Shown: one piece after another, positions 33,346-33,701 of the stretch | How the letters are laid out: every line of letters begins with the position of its first letter | Numbering within the stretch: the stretch's first letter is position 1 | DNA from: Methanobacteriota archaeon | Lineage (GTDB): Archaea; Thermoplasmatota; Poseidoniia; Poseidoniales; Poseidoniaceae | DNA: 33,701 bases | Direction: 5' to 3' | NCBI GenBank assembly: GCA_002707335.2 | Contig: PAMN02000015.1 | Location: 1 to 33,701, forward strand | Position numbers and translations under genes: made by a program | Notes under the pieces: generated by a model | Seen by the model: only the letters and a program-made list of their open reading frames with translations | What the model was told of the DNA's origin: nothing | The model's database searches: none

Positions 33346-33701
33346 ATGACGGTTAGTGACTGGACTGAACGCTACCGTCCAGATAGTGAACGGCAACTAG
33401 AAGGTAATGAAAGACAGAGGAAATTAATTCGTAATTGGCTTCAAAATTGGGCAGAAGGGGTTCCAAAAAAACCAGGAATTCTACTTATTGGGCCACCTGG
33501 TGTTGGTAAAACTACCGTTGCTCGTGCAATTGCTAATGATATGAATTGGCAAGTCATTGAATTAAATGCAAGTGATGCTCGTAATGCAGGTGCTATTCGC
33601 AAGGCAGCAACTCATGCTTCTACTCACAGTTCGTTGTTTAATTTCAATAAATCATCTCCCAATCGTACATTGATTTTACTTGACGAAGTAGATCACTTGA
33701 G
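33346..33701 (+). CDS. rfcL: Replication factor C large subunit, truncated by the right window edge
   Basis: Own translation: MTVSDWTERYRPDSERQLEGNERQRKLIRNWL...GILLIGPPGVGKTTVARAIANDMNWQVIELNASDARN...LILLDEVDHL. It shows the 'W.E.YRP' N-terminus, Walker A and the DEVD Walker B. Confidence 0.85.
   Translation, partial: MTVSDWTERYRPDSERQLEGNERQRKLIRNWLQNWAEGVPKKPGILLIGPPGVGKTTVARAIANDMNWQVIELNASDARNAGAIRKAATHASTHSSLFNFNKSSPNRTLILLDEVDHL

Noticed and set aside
1-33701. Search for tRNA, rRNA, CRISPR repeats, IS elements, integrases, prophage genes or defence genes, and for inteins in EF-2, RFC and Lhr
   Set aside because: Every spacer is at most ~156 nt and none folds into a cloverleaf-like pattern by eye. 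There are no tandem repeat arrays and no transposase, integrase or nuclease-toxin-like ORFs. EF-2, GlyRS and the Lhr-Core have normal lengths and uninterrupted motifs. The window therefore reads as core chromosome, not an island.

Overview
This is a densely coding, low-GC archaeal chromosomal segment. Archaeal identity is supported by aEF-2, uS12/uS7, eL43, exosome Rrp4/Rrp41/Rrp42, proteasome alpha, SBDS, Pcc1, prefoldin beta, TiaS, Dph6, isopentenyl phosphate kinase, an archaeosortase-like protein and the RFC large subunit. The compaction and gene content are reminiscent of a streamlined planktonic Thermoplasmatota lineage such as Marine Group II, but I cannot verify that without a database search. 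I call 36 CDS (two truncated by the window edges). I found no rRNA, tRNA, CRISPR array, transposase or integrase, and no recognisable defence or toxin-antitoxin gene. The window is mostly core housekeeping rather than an accessory island, and I see no clear multi-gene novel system. Several things do deserve a second look. (1) A Delta-9 fatty-acid desaturase sits between S7 and EF-2 inside the otherwise conserved S12-S7-EF-2 cluster. (2) A single ORF fuses a eukaryote-like type-1 IPP isomerase to a GGPP synthase, directly downstream of IPK. (3) The exosome/proteasome superoperon is extended by a translationally coupled DHH-DHHA1 phosphoesterase plus an unknown helical protein. (4) A 1763-aa Lhr helicase carries a ~900-aa C-terminal region with two similar winged-helix/'SDP' modules. 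(5) A short UbiD-family decarboxylase, a candidate archaeal mevalonate-pathway enzyme, is coupled to an unknown TPR-like protein. (6) A CBS protein is coupled to a RecA/KaiC-like protein whose P-loop lysine is missing. All functional calls come from motif recognition by eye in the supplied translations, and none has been checked against databases.
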